Of a stretch of 64,000 nucleotides of DNA, positions 36,946-49,325 are shown piece by piece; the stretch's first letter is position 1; every line of letters starts with the position of its first letter. A program made the position numbers and the translations under genes. Below the pieces are notes generated by a model, which was given only the letters and a program-made list of their open reading frames with translations, searched no databases and was not told the DNA's origin. The DNA is from Torpedo marmorata (lineage: Eukaryota): contig OZ360252.1 of assembly GCA_977017645.1 (NCBI GenBank), forward strand, positions 17,794,001 through 17,858,000. The letters run 5' to 3'.

Positions 36946-37549
36946 ATCTGGATCCCAGAATCTGCAGTAACGTCTGTCTTCAACCTTCCCAAATAATATT
37001 TCAAAACCTTCTAATATTCCATGAAACAGACATGACATATTTCACTTAATTCTAATTTTTGTTCAAATATTTTACCCTTGCAACTTAAAATGATATTCGG
37101 CTAAATCCAAAGTTTTATTTGATAGGACTTGAAATTGAAAGCAAAACTCTGCAGATAACCGTATAATGAAAGTACTGGAAATATCAGAATGTCCGACAGC
37201 ATCTGTGAAAAGAGAACCAGTGTTAAGGTTTCAGTTCGAAGATTCATCCTCAGGACCAAAAACGAGAAATCACGTTAGTTTTTAAATGGCAACATTGAGG
37301 GTGAGAGAGGGATGGGTTTAAAGCAAATGCTGCTGGAGTGTTTGTGGAAACTGAGGTCGGAGTGAAGTTGTGCAGCAATAGCAGTGGTTTGTAGGAATCA
37401 GGGATAAGCAGATGTTATTTGCGTCTTATTTCAAATGTCCAGAGAAGAGCTCGCCACAGTGAGATAAGGGAACATCCAAAGGTTGCAAATGCCTTTTCTA
37501 TTTAACTGCATCAAGGGCCCCGTTCCTATGACATTACATGTGTATCTGA

Positions 37550-37900
37550 GCATTGAAGATTTCTGCAAAGAACTTTGTTTCATAAATTACCAGAAACTGA
37601 TCTTGTCGAGACACATCAATACAGTGTCGATACAGAAGTCAATACAGAAGATCATCAAAACGGCCGAGAAGTTCACTGGTATCACCCTTTCGCCCATTCA
37701 CGACATTTACCGGGATCATTTAATAGGGCTCGGAAATTCGATAAAAACATTTCCATCCAGCACACAGCATCTTTGACCCATTAACATCAGGGAGGATGTA
37801 AAGGAGCATCAAAATCAGGACTGCCAGGCTGGGAAATAGTTCCTTCCCGCAAGCTGTGAGATTGATAAACAGAATCCTGTAATGGAGTAAATCATCCCAA
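37550..37900 (+). mobile_element. Rex1/Babar 3' fragment
   Basis: IQKIIKTAEKFTG..IHDIY, HP.H..FDPL.SGR, SFPQAVRL motifs. Confidence 0.7.
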
Positions 37901-37952
37901 AATAGTCACACATATTTATTTTAAATTATATCTGTATGTATATGTGCGAATA

Positions 37953-38117
37953 NNNNNNNNNNNNNNNNNNNNNNNNNNNNNNNNNNNNNNNNNNNNNNNN
38001 NNNNNNNNNNNNNNNNNNNNNNNNNNNNNNNNNNNNNNNNNNNNNNNNNNNNNNNNNNNNNNNNNNNNNNNNNNNNNNNNNNNNNNNNNNNNNNNNNNNN
38101 NNNNNNNNNNNNNNNNN
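37953..38117. other. Assembly gap (N run)
   Basis: Run of N. Confidence 1.
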
Positions 38118-38624
38118 AACTCTGTTTTATCTCTTCACATATATACCGTCAGATGATAATAAATGTGAACATGACTTGATCTTTAACATAATCGCTCCAT
38201 GACATATTTCCATCAACTCTGTAATGTCCTCATTGATCACATGGGTCACTTCTGATCACACTCAAATCGATTGAAATCCCTAACGACAAAGCAGCTCATT
38301 TCAACCATTCATTTCCAACGCTCTATCCATTCCTTCCACCGTCCCATACCGACGTTCGCTCCATGGCCGCTAAACCTGACTGCAGTATGGAGCCTGTACT
38401 AATTATATTGCACCAACTCTGCCTGGTGCTAACAATAAAGTCCTTATTCAAGCAGAAAGAACCGCAAGCGGATTGGATCAAAGGCACCAGCCGATGTCCC
38501 TCAGTCACATGACCCTGACATGCAGATACGTCCTTGTTACTTTATCAGCACTGCAAAAATCCTGGAAATCTCCCAGTAAAGGCCACCCAACAGTGGAGAC
38601 CCAGGAGGATCTTGTTTTCATTTT

Positions 38625-38825
38625 GTGGACACGCGAGACTGCAGATGCTGGAATCTGAAGCAAACCACAAACTGTTGGACGAACCCGAACTGTCAAGCAG
38701 CATCCGGTGTACGGGGTGGAGGGGGGGGTGGAGGGGTTGTCAAATTTCCGAGTCGGACCGTGCATCAGATTAGAAGCTGCTCGTCGCCCTGAAATCTTCC
38801 AGCAGTTGGTATGTGATTTGCTCCG
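38625..38825. mobile_element. Penelope-terminus-derived hairpin remnant
   Basis: GAGACTGCAGATGCTGGAATC...AACTGTTGGA / TCCAGCAGTT arms; the minus-strand loop reads CTGATGCACGGTCCGACTCGGAAA. Confidence 0.55.
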
Positions 38826-39047
38826 TACGAACACGGTGCAGATTATTTAACGCCACCGGTTATGGACGACACATTAAAACGGGTGTGAGTTCTGTAACAC
38901 CAATTGTGATCCCAATATGTCAGAAATAATACCGCCAGAAACTGGATGTAATTTCACATCAGTCGCGGGCAGTCGGATGGTTTTACACCCGGGCGTCCCG
39001 GAACGATTCAAGCGGTGGGATCGAAGTAAGAAAAGGCGGATCATTAC

Positions 39048-39362
39048 CTGAGCAAATAACGCCGGCATCGGACTTGTGTGAAAATCCATATGAACTCCAT
39101 GGTTGCGATGGACAGTCCCGCAGAGCGTTCTCATTCCCGGTGCACTTAACACTCCACGTCACGATGGGTCCGCTCCCCGGTCCAAAGTGAGCATCGCGCG
39201 GGGCTTGCAGCGCGGCGCCGCAGCCCGTCTCCCGACACACCACAGCCGCATCGACCAGGTCCCAGCCGTAAGAATCCACAGTTCCCCAGACTCGCTGGTG
39301 GTAAACCTCCACTCTCCCTGCGCACGGACTGCCCCCATTCACCAGCCTCAACACGACGCTCT
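39048..39362 (-). CDS. SRCR domain 1 exon (6 Cys, lacks C2 and C7)
   Basis: LRLVNGGSPCAGRVEVYHQRVWGTVDSYGWD...HFGPGSGPI...HKSDAGVICS; TGTTTCAG acceptor, AG|GTAATG donor, 315 nt. Two gaps separate it from the other exons. Confidence 0.92.
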
Positions 39363-40724
39363 CTGAAACAAAACAGAAACATCAGCACTGGGATCGCCAG
39401 CGTCTCGTTCCGCGTCTCGGCGCACCGCGCTCCCAGCTCACAGCCGCTCACCCATTCAACGTCCACACATCTTCAACGGAAGGGCCAGTCTGTGGTTACC
39501 CCGAATAAACTGCCTAAAGTGGCGAATACATGCAGTCATTTGGTAAACGTCCCAAGTACCGGGAGTCACACGGTTGTTCTAGGGAACAAGGCGGCTCCCA
39601 GGACGAGAGGGGCGTGCCCGTTTACACTCTCCAGAGAGCGGCTGATGGGAGAGTCGTGTCGGAGGCCGGTTGTAGCCAGTTCCCATCGCCATGTAGTGGA
39701 CCGAACAAGTGGTGTTGGTATGAACCTATTCTGGAAACTGAACATCAAAGGAGAAAGCGTTGGAGTGGGTCTTCAGCACGACAAAGGTGGGGTAAACTGT
39801 GGGAGCTCATTTGCACCCCGGAACAAAGTCAACGTGGTCAGTGCACGACACCGCGCCGTTCAGAAACCTGTTTGATTGTCGCCCACGTGAATTTAGCGGT
39901 CATCTCTCAGCTGCAAATCTTTAGTAAAAACCAGTCTCAGCAGCCCCACACTAAACACAGTGAAACTTAAATGCCATGACCTGATCGGTCAGCCAGACAA
40001 TACCTGAGGCGGTCTGGAATGAGAAATAAAGAATTATATTTGGCTCTAGGCGGCCTGTGGGTTTCGGATGTGCAAGGGCGGGTTTCATGGGGAGGCCGAA
40101 CAACAAATTAATAAACTCAAAGGAAAAATAACCGACAGCAAACTGAGGGGTGTGTTTGAACACATCGACGGAGAGTCTGTTACAGCAAATAATTTAAGAA
40201 TCACACCTGTTTTTCTTTATTAATGAAACTGCAATCAATCCTCGGCAACTATTAATTCACATTGTGCCTTCATTAAGAACAAAAATAGATTTCAGATATG
40301 CTGACATCACGGGTAGGATTTTCCCCGTGAGCTGGATGTCACGACTGATTAGTTTTCTATCTCCAGGAGACACGACGATTGCTGATAATGAATCTGCTGC
40401 TGCCACCGTCATGGGACAATTTGCTGCGTTAGCGGGTTTTCGGCCGATCAGATGAGGGCATCTTCACTCGCCTTTCTCCGTTGATCTGGAAATTTGTTGT
40501 AATGTCATTCTATTTATTCCAGTGGAAAGTGACTGATGCAATCAATGGAGAATAACCTTCTCTTTGCCCCCTGCGCTGCTTATGATTGTGGCGATCATTC
40601 TGTCTCGAGCTGCGATTCTCATTTGAATTTGAAATTTCACAGGCAAAGTTCCATATGCCACACACGTTCATGTTCATGTGTCAGCTTCCTGCTGTTGAAA
40701 TCTCCGGGATAACGAGCAAGATTA

Positions 40725-41520
40725 TTTCATGGAGAGGTACAGGTCGTTCAGCTCAACACGCCGATGTGGAACAAGTTGGCAATCTTGGTTGGTGACTTTT
40801 TCTGGCAATTATTAAGCCGTTCCCGTGCATATATCTGTCCAAATGTATTTTTCACGTGTGAACTTTCCCGCTTCTGCTGACTATTCAGGCCAGGCACGTC
40901 GTTCCAGATAAGGACCATCTTCCGAGTGCAATGACTTCCCCTTCGGGTCCCCTTTAAATCTCAGACTGAACCTGTCCCTCTAGTTGTAGATTCATCTATC
41001 CAGGGATAAAAAGATTGTGATGATTCACTTTATTCATGCTCGTCATGAACGTATGAACATCGGTCAGGTCACATCAAGCCTCATATGCTCTGTGAAACAA
41101 TGCCACAGCGTATTTACCCTCTTACTCTGCCTCTTGCCCTCTTGTCCAACCACCTTCCTCGTCACCCTCATTTGCACCACTTCCAACATTTTTGATGTCC
41201 TTCCTGCAAATAAACGACCAGAATTCTCAAATCTCACAAACATCTTGTGCAGCTGAATCATGTGGGTACAACATTTGTACGTGGACACAGCACCGATGCC
41301 TGCCTAATTTCTCTAGCCGCGGTCCTCCAAGCAAAACTACTTCCGAACACCAATCTTGACTGTCCCATTCCGCCAAACCAATGTTGAATCCAAAGGGCCA
41401 GCTCCTCTGGTCCCACGAAATCTAGCCTTCCGGACGAAACTGCAATGCAGGACCTTGTCAAAGTTCATATTTTCAGTGTCCACTGCTCTGCACTTATAAG
41501 TCTTCGTCACTTTTTGCAAA
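40725..41520 (-). mobile_element. Old CR1 RT/3' fragment
   Basis: NFDKVLH, ALWIQHWF, LEVVQMRVTR and the CR1 3' end, all on the minus strand. Confidence 0.6.
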
Positions 41521-41572
41521 GAAATCTTCTTTGCTCAACAGTACCATCGACAAAATTAACTCCTGATTATTT

Positions 41573-43490
41573 AGTAAATGTAAAGAAATTACACAATTCA
41601 AATGATCAAAGGAAGGAATTAAATATCTGCGAATAAAGATTGATACAAAATTAGCTAATTTATATAAATTAAATTATCTACCATTATTTACGAAAATTAA
41701 AAAAAATTTAGAAAGTTGGAAGGATTTACCTATAACTTTAATAGGAAGGGTAAACTGTATTAAAATGAATATCTTTCCAAGAATTCAATATCGTTTCCAG
41801 TCAATTCCTTACGAAATTCCTTTGAAATTCTTTAAGGATTTAAATTTATTTATAAGGATTTTTTTGTGGAAAGGAAAGTTGGCTAGATTAAGTACAGAGA
41901 AATTAACTTGGAACTGTGAAATAGGTGGTTTACAACTTCCTAATTTTCAAAATTACTGTAAAGCAGCTCAAGTAAAATATGTTATTGGAATGTTTGATTT
42001 AGGGAAGTATTTTGCTTGGATTAGAATAGAATTAAATAATATAGGAGAAGATTTGAAAGAAGAAGTTATTTATAAATGAAATTCTAAATTACATTTAATA
42101 AGAGGGAAGAATTCTCCTATTTTTAAACATTTGTTAGAAATATGGAATAGAGTGGATAGTGAGATAGGAGGGAAAGGCTCAATTTCTCTAAAAATGCCTC
42201 GATATCAAAATAAACCTATTCCATTTACTGTTGATAATCAATTATTTAAAATTTGGTTCCAAAAGGGAATTAAGAAAACAAATGAATGTTTTGAAGCGAG
42301 TAAATTTATTACTTTTGAAAAAATGAAAGATGTTTAATGTATCGAATCATACACTTTTTGTTTATTATCAAATTAGAGCATTTTTCGTTGGGAAGTTAGG
42401 TTATAGTTTGATTCTACCAAGATAGAGTGAACTAGAATTATTAGTTACTAATGGAGGCGTAATTAAATTTATTTCTCAAATGTATAGATTGTTTTAGAGA
42501 AAAATCCCGAAAGTAGGAATTCATAAATCAAGATTAAAATGGGAATCAGATTTGAATGTAACAATAGATGAAGACCATTGGAAAGAATTATGTAAATTAA
42601 GTATGACGGAGATTATTAACGTTAGATATAGATTAGTTCATTATAAATGTTTTCATCAATTATATTTAAAGCCTAAAAAATTAAAGAAATTTAGTTCGAC
42701 ATTATCAGGTTTATGTTTTAGATGTAATAGAGAGGAAGGTTCTTTTGTACATTATACATGGTTTTGTCCAAAGATATATGATTTTTGGTTGAAAGTAAAA
42801 AACCTTTTAGATAAAGTATTGAATATTACACTTCCATTGGACCCTATGATATTTTTGTTTGGAGATATTAAAATAATTAGTATTAATATGAAATTAAATA
42901 TGTATCAAATAGAATTTTTGCGAATTTCTTTAGCTGTTTCTTACAAATGCATTGCTATTACTTGGAAATCTGATGTAGATTTAGGGTTAGAGCGATGGCA
43001 TGCAGAACTTCGTTCATGTATACCACTTGAAAAAATTACTTATAATTTACGTAATAAATACCATTTATTTTTGAAAATATGGATACCACATATAAAAGCT
43101 GTTGGTTTTAGGATTTGAATCTCCAGACATCGCATCTGTCTGGCGAACCTCTCCTCCACAATAAAATCAGTTTATAGATATACTTTTTAGATTGACATTC
43201 TCTTTACTCTATCTTTTCCTTTCTTTTTTTATTATTTTAGTAGATTAGTATGGGCTCCCCGTGCTTTCGGCGTGGTTGTCGGTTACGCCGTACAGTGTAC
43301 TGTGCGACTCAGCTGCACCTCATCGGTGAGTCGGTGTGAGTCAGTGGGGTGGGAGTGTTAGGGAAAGAAGGGAGGGAGGGGGGTGAAAATGTATCACATG
43401 TAATTTGATAATTATATATTTTAATTTATGTACTTCGTGATTTAAAATTTTAAATAAATATATTTTTTTTAAAATAAAAATAAAAATAAA
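41573..43490 (+). mobile_element. L1 3' portion (about 1.9 kb) with 21-bp TSD; same subfamily as 9014-9840
   Basis: LIGRVNCIKMNIFPR, GGLQLPNF, CFRC, IPLEKITYNLRNK; (AAAAT)n tail; TSD AAAATTAAYTCCTGATTATTT at 41552-41572 and 43489-43509 with one mismatch. Confidence 0.9.
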
Positions 43491-44309
43491 AATTAATTCC
43501 TGATTATTTTTCCACGTCGGATTATCTCAATGTGGAAAACGTGACGTTAAATTGTATTTTTAACCTTGCTTGTGCTGAATCCGTGAATAATATTCAAGGA
43601 TTTGGTCAAATGGGTGTATTTCTGCAGCACGGGCTCGTGGGCAGGAAGGGCCTGTTACCGTGTTGTATCTCTAAATTAATATTCCAACGTTCACACATTG
43701 GTTTATTTCTGCCCCGGTTTATCGGAAACAGTAGGGCATAATTTGCCCGCACTCCTGAGTGCTCTTTCAGACTTTGCTCAGGTAATAGGTGCTTACTCGC
43801 GAATTGTCATTTTCTTTTATTTGATTAAGTGGGAAATTTTAGTTTTATTTTACAACTTAAAGGCCTTTGTTCACCTTTTTCCTCCTGTCATGTATACTGT
43901 TTATATTAGCTCAGAGCGAATGAACAATAAAATGAGTGAGCAACACACTCTTTATTGTAGAGCCATATCTCGCTCCAGAATGATATTTACAGGCCAAGCC
44001 CACCCCGACATTGGAGAATATATTTTGTCAGGCGTGCCTCACGATTCTTCAAATATTTCAAGCACGTTAAATCAATATTATTCCACCGCTGCGATTGTTT
44101 AACTGTATAATATTCCATTTCTTTGCTTGTAGCGATAAAATTAAACCCATCAGCCACTTTGCGACCAGGCAGAGCATGGAGATTTATTTTATTTTATAGA
44201 GATTTTGTTTTATAAAACCATTTGCTTTGCCTCTCGTTATATTCCTTCATTAAACCAACCGTTACGCATCAACTCCCCCTTGATACTTTTCGTGATTCAC
44301 GAATCAGTC

Positions 44310-44465
44310 ATTTATGGCTGCCAATCAACCTACCGATGCGAAATCTATTGGGTGTGGGACGAATCCACGGTACCCTGAGAAACCCACGGGAATGACGGTA
44401 AAATTTTCGAGGTTCACGCAGACAGCTCCGGAGGTTAGCATTGGACCAGGGTCACCATAGCTTAA
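44310..44465 (-). mobile_element. Degenerate SINE
   Basis: GAAACCCACG...CGCAGACAGCTCCGGAGGTTAGCATTGGACC pattern, as in the other minus-strand copies. Confidence 0.5.
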
Positions 44466-44629
44466 CTGAGGTCTCAGGCCCTACACAGTGGTCACCCTTC
44501 GCTTGCCGTGGATGCTGCTTGACCTGCTGAGTTCCTCCAGCACTGTTGTCTATTACATTTTCTACGATAGCTTTACCGGGGCAGCACTAATATAATTGAA
44601 TGGAGGTTTAATGTAAGAGGAATGTTCGT

Positions 44630-44925
44630 CACAGTGAGCTGCAGCCACACAGGGCCAGAGACCCAGGTGTAATCCTGTGGTCAGTTGCTGCTGTCCGGAG
44701 TTTGCACCTGCTCTCTTTGACAGCGCTGGTTCACCCTCACATCACAAGGACGAGCGTGATTCCAGGATAATTGGCCTATGTAAATTGTCCTTCCTGAGTG
44801 AGTGTGTGGCAGAAACAGTTGACCTGTATGATATTGGGATTAATCATGAATATGTGTGACTGCTGCTGGGAGGTATTCGGTGGGACGACGGTCCTCTTTC
44901 CACGCGCTTTGGTTCCACGACTCTC
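44630..44925 (+). mobile_element. HE1/V-SINE-like SINE
   Basis: CCAGAGACCCAGGTGTAATCC (B box-like), GGAGTTTGCAC, CACATCACAAGGACG, TAATTGGCC..TGTAAATTGTCC core. Confidence 0.7.
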
Positions 44926-45699
44926 CACGTCATTCCCCTGCACTATGTTTTAGTCACTGATGTTTTCATTAAGAAATATCACGAAGTAAATCCGTCATTT
45001 AAGGAGCCGCATGATATAATGGCAAATTGCACAAACGAGATCTACATTCAATTCAAATGATGTAAACTTTCAAAAATAATAAAATTTTAGTTTGCATGGG
45101 AATGTTAGTCTGGGCCTCATTTTGTAAATTGTTCACGGAGATATGTTTGTGTTAATGTTTTCGCATTTGCAAAGCTATTTTCATTAAATAGCAATGCAAA
45201 CACGGTTTTACGATCTAACCGCTTTTAGCATCCAGAGAAAGAAATATACACGGACATAAACAGAGTCAAACACTTTACGCATCAGACTGACCCGTCATCT
45301 TGACAGCAAAATCTTTGCGATTGACAGCGATTGACAAGCCAGAGAACAGCTGAGAATTGTCACCAGTGCTCAACACAGGGCACGGAGCCAGAGGAAATAC
45401 AGTGAAGAAGCTCCTGGTAAGTCATCAAATGCGGCCGAACATATTACGGAAAACGTTGGGAAACGGCAAATCGTGTTTGGACAAACGAGCATGCAGCAGG
45501 AAATGGCAGAATCCTACCCTTTCAGACGGTGAGCATTTGCACTTGATGGGGATTAACATATATATTTAGATATTTACTGCCGACTTTGAGAAACTATGCC
45601 ATCGACCGAGAAGCGCACTCAATATTCATGTCAAGGAAGGGGACGGAGATTAAGAAACAAGGTCTCATGTGTGCCTTTATTTTAGATACCAATTGATAA

Positions 45700-46055
45700 G
45701 ATGATGAGAGACATTGACCGTGTGGATGATCAGAGACATATACGCAGGGGTGAAATGGCCAATAAGAGAGGGCACAAATTAAAGCTTGGGATAAGTCCAG
45801 GCGGGATTCAAGAGGTAGGTTTTGTCACACAGAAACCTCTGGGTGCATTGAATGCGCAATCGGCAAAGTGCGGGAGGGACGTTCAATAATATATTTTAGG
45901 AAACTATTAGATTGGTCCATGGAACGGTGAAAAATGAAGGGTGATGTAGTCGGAACATTCTCCGCAGCTATTAGATTAGGTTATTAAGTCGGCACAGCAC
46001 TGTGAGTTGAAGTGCTTGTACTGTGCTGTAGATTTCTATGATCTATGTTCTATGA
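45700..46055 (+). mobile_element. CR1 3' fragment
   Basis: MMRDIDRVD..RGHKLK; tail TTCTATGATCTATGTTCTATG. Confidence 0.75.
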
Positions 46056-46139
46056 TAGAAATCTTCAAAAAAGAGAAAAACAACATCTAAAAACGCAACT
46101 GATTAGGCAGCACTTGAGGAAAGAGACACGAAAAAATTA

Positions 46140-46905
46140 GTGGCGCTGCCAGAGCTGCTGTAACGGCAGCGCTGCCGCTGGTGCGGAGCCACGGAGAGCG
46201 GTAGCGGAGATATAGCGTTCCCTGAGGGGTCCAAGCGCCCAGTCTGTCTATTCCGCTCTGTACAAGCTTTAAACGGCCTGTAAATAGAGCCGACGGTGGT
46301 TTTATTTGAACATCCCGCGACCACGGGGTCTGGCCCAAGATGACGGCGCCTGTGATCGGCAGCAGCCACGAGGGGTTGCAGTCTCCAGGGAAGCGGACAC
46401 CAGAAAACGGGGAGACCAACCCACGTTTAAGAAGATGAAGCAGAGGAGACCACCCATGGGACGGTGACCACGGCGGCGCACTAGTGAGGAGATCTGAGGA
46501 TGAAGAACACACAGGCGGCGGGCTGTTGATGACTCGGGGCGAGGGACATATGCAGGCTGCGGGCTGCTGATGACTGCGGTCGAGGGATTCACACGAGGCT
46601 GCGGACTGCTGCAGACTGGCTCGAGACTGGCTGAAGGGGTACCAGGTATCGGAAACGGTGTGCGAGAGGGTGACGGGGGCGCTGAAGGTTTCCTGATCCG
46701 TCGGACGTTCCGATCTGAGCTCGGGCTGCGGATGGTTTGGACTGGACTCTGTGTGGCTGGGGGAGCGCTGGAAGAGAATTCACGGACACTCGGTGATCTG
46801 GGGAGACTCTTTTGCTTCTCTTTCTCTGAATGTAAGAGGCAGTCTAAAGCAAATTGCATGTAATATTGCACGGTTTTATAACATGGCATAAAGTAATCGA
46901 GTTAT
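46140..46905 (+). mobile_element. GC/CpG-rich non-autonomous interspersed repeat
   Basis: An inverted homolog lies at 55855-58040 (shared TTTAAA..GCCTGT.AA..GAG.CGAC, CGCGACC.CGG..TCTGG.CCCAAGATGA.GGCGCC and TGTAATATT). Confidence 0.65.
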
Positions 46906-48218
46906 CTTTCGTTCTGTTTTTATTAACACAAATGCTGCCCATTCTGTTTAATATTCACTCTGCTTCTCCGTCCTCAGATACCGCTGTTCGGAGGAGGCTT
47001 TCACTCAAATGTTTATCCAACGTTTTGCGTTTCAGGTGAAGTTTATGAACGACACAAATAATCCAGCCACCATTTGTCACTAAATTGACAGAAAACCTTC
47101 CACCTGAATGTAGCACGTGGAAAGACATTTGGAGCAAAGCTTCAAATCAACTCTTTTCCGCACAAAAACGGGAAAGTGCATTTTGATTTTTAAAAATTGT
47201 CGCTTTTCTCCGGGCATAATAAAGGGACACTGAACATTTAATTTGAATCATAATGTCACACGTTTGAGGAAAATTGATTACAAATTAAACTCCGCCATTC
47301 TTTGGAAATTTCAGTTCCACCATCCTCCAATATGTGTGTTTAAGACTAATAACGAATTAATGTGAATGTTTAGTTTTCATTCTCAATCAGGGTCACATTT
47401 CATGATGAAATATATAAATCCTTCCCAATAACATGATAGTAAATACAGTTTTTGAACTCCTTCATTTCACTGCATCGCACGGTGTGTAGAAAGAGATGTG
47501 ACTGATAATCATCAGCGTCAGGAATGTGTTCGCCGATTCAGTCAGCAGCAGCTGCAGGTTCGGCTCTCTTCTCACACGCTGAGTTTACACACTCCGGCCT
47601 CTGAATATACTCTTTCCCAGCAATGAACGCCCCTCTATTTCTTATGACCCAAGGCTATTAATCTTATTCAAAGATGAGCTCACAAGAGCCGCGGGGTTAA
47701 TGTGCAGGCGATTTGAAACGACGGAATATATCAGCGTCACCTCTGCAAAATTCTACTCTTCCCAGAAATATTGACGGGAAATTACAATATCACCATCAAT
47801 GTAAAGTAATCCAAATATTTATACTGTCGCCGGCTGAAATGAACACGCGTATAATAACAAACACAACAGTAAGTGTTACCATGGACTGCAAAATAAGCAA
47901 TACATTTCACTGTCCATTCTCGGTGTCAGGAATTTGAATTAGCTTAACCTTCTCATTCCTTCTCCCCTTGTGCTCTAAATATAAGACAACTTAAAGAAAC
48001 AATTGGATGGGTGAAAAATTCACCGCTGGGGGATATATTTACAGTGTTAATAAACTGAAGAAATTTCACCACAATGAAAACATTCAGAGACAAAAAAAAT
48101 ACGTTTGCTTCCTCTGCTCCTCAATGTTCAGTAATTCAATAGTCGATTGAAACGAAGCTAAATTTTAATTATGATCATCTTTGCAAATATAAACCGGATT
48201 CTACATTAATAAACTCAC

Positions 48219-48264
48219 AGTTCCAGATGAGCACTTTCATCAGTATCAAGAGGGACCGCAGCAT
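48219..48264 (-). CDS. Candidate leader (signal peptide) exon of the SRCR receptor, MLRSLLILMKVLIWN
   Basis: ATG with A at -3, in-frame stop upstream, 46-nt hydrophobic frame, phase 1 consensus donor GTGAGT. Needs an intervening small exon because direct splicing to SRCR1 creates TAG. Confidence 0.5.
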
Positions 48265-49149
48265 TCTCCCGGTGGTCTGTTGCAGTGACGGCTCGAACAC
48301 TGATCACTGAAGCAGTCTCTCCAAGACTTCTGACATTCCAGTTCATCTGAGACTTAATTTTTTGATACTTGCCTTTCCTCTATCTCATGTCTTACTCCAA
48401 CAAATAACCAATAACCTTTAACTGAAATCAGGCGTGAATAGCAGTCTGCTTGAATGAACCAATGAGAAACAACCTGCCCATTAATGGAGATAACAGGGTC
48501 ATCTTTTTTCTTCTCCTTCTCCTGAGTAACAAATGACTCGAGTGCTTCTGAACAGAGAAACGGACCGAAAACCTACATCCAAGAAGCACACAGTCATCAA
48601 AGCGTACTGTAGTGGCGAAGATTAATCGTTCTATCGCAAAGAGTGTATTCCAGGTTTTCTGGGTATTTTGTGACCCCATTTCCCCGTATTACCTCCCGCC
48701 CTTACCTACTGCACTTAATAGCAAAGAATCCCCATCTCCCTGTTCTCCTCAGCCTCTTTCCAACCTCTCACAGTGCTGAACGTCGCACGTTGTTACAGAT
48801 TCAAGGGGTTTAAAGAAGAAAACAGCAAAACTCTCTCGTCTATGCTTATCCATCTGAATATCTCGATGGCCCATCTATTACCTACTGGCTTTACCATACA
48901 GCGTGGCGAATAAAAATAGATGTAAAGTCCCAGGATAAACACAAATACTTTCGCAAAGTTTCTCATTCTTTCAAGATGGACGGATAATCTCCAGCGCCAG
49001 TGATCCTTCCTATTTCTGATAAAATGTAAATAATTTCCAGATGGTGTACTTTCTCTACCCCCCCCCCACCTTTTATTTTACCGGCATTGCTATTCCTAAC
49101 CTGCGCAATGTATTTACTTCATTTACATTCTACCTGTCTCAATATAGGA

Positions 49150-49325
49150 ACGTGCTGAGAAACTCAGCAGGTCAGCCAGCATCCATAGGAACCAAAGTGT
49201 AACCAACCTTTCCGCACTGGGCGCTCCGTCAAGAATGATGATGGATTGCAGTAGATGCTGCGTGACCAGCCGAGTTTCTCCTGCACATTTATGTCTTGTA
49301 CTTGACTCCAGGATCTGCAGATATT
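49150..49325. mobile_element. Penelope-terminus-derived hairpin element
   Basis: Arms GAGAAACTCAGCAGGTCAGCCAGCATC / GATGCTGCGTGACCAGCCGAGTTTCTC; degenerate hammerhead on the minus strand (TTGACGGAGCGCCCAGTGCGGAAAGGTT). Confidence 0.6.

Noticed and set aside
35445-38202. ORFs containing X runs
   Set aside because: Artefacts of translating through N gaps.
46087-46889. Long Pro/Ser-rich ORFs (141 and 195 aa), possible mucin-like stalk
   Set aside because: They lie within a GC-rich repeat that has a second copy at 57520-58040; open frames are expected from base composition.
46955-47137. HSGGRFSV...GGWIICV, faintly SRCR-like
   Set aside because: Lacks the cysteine spacing, length and splice sites of the true SRCR exons.
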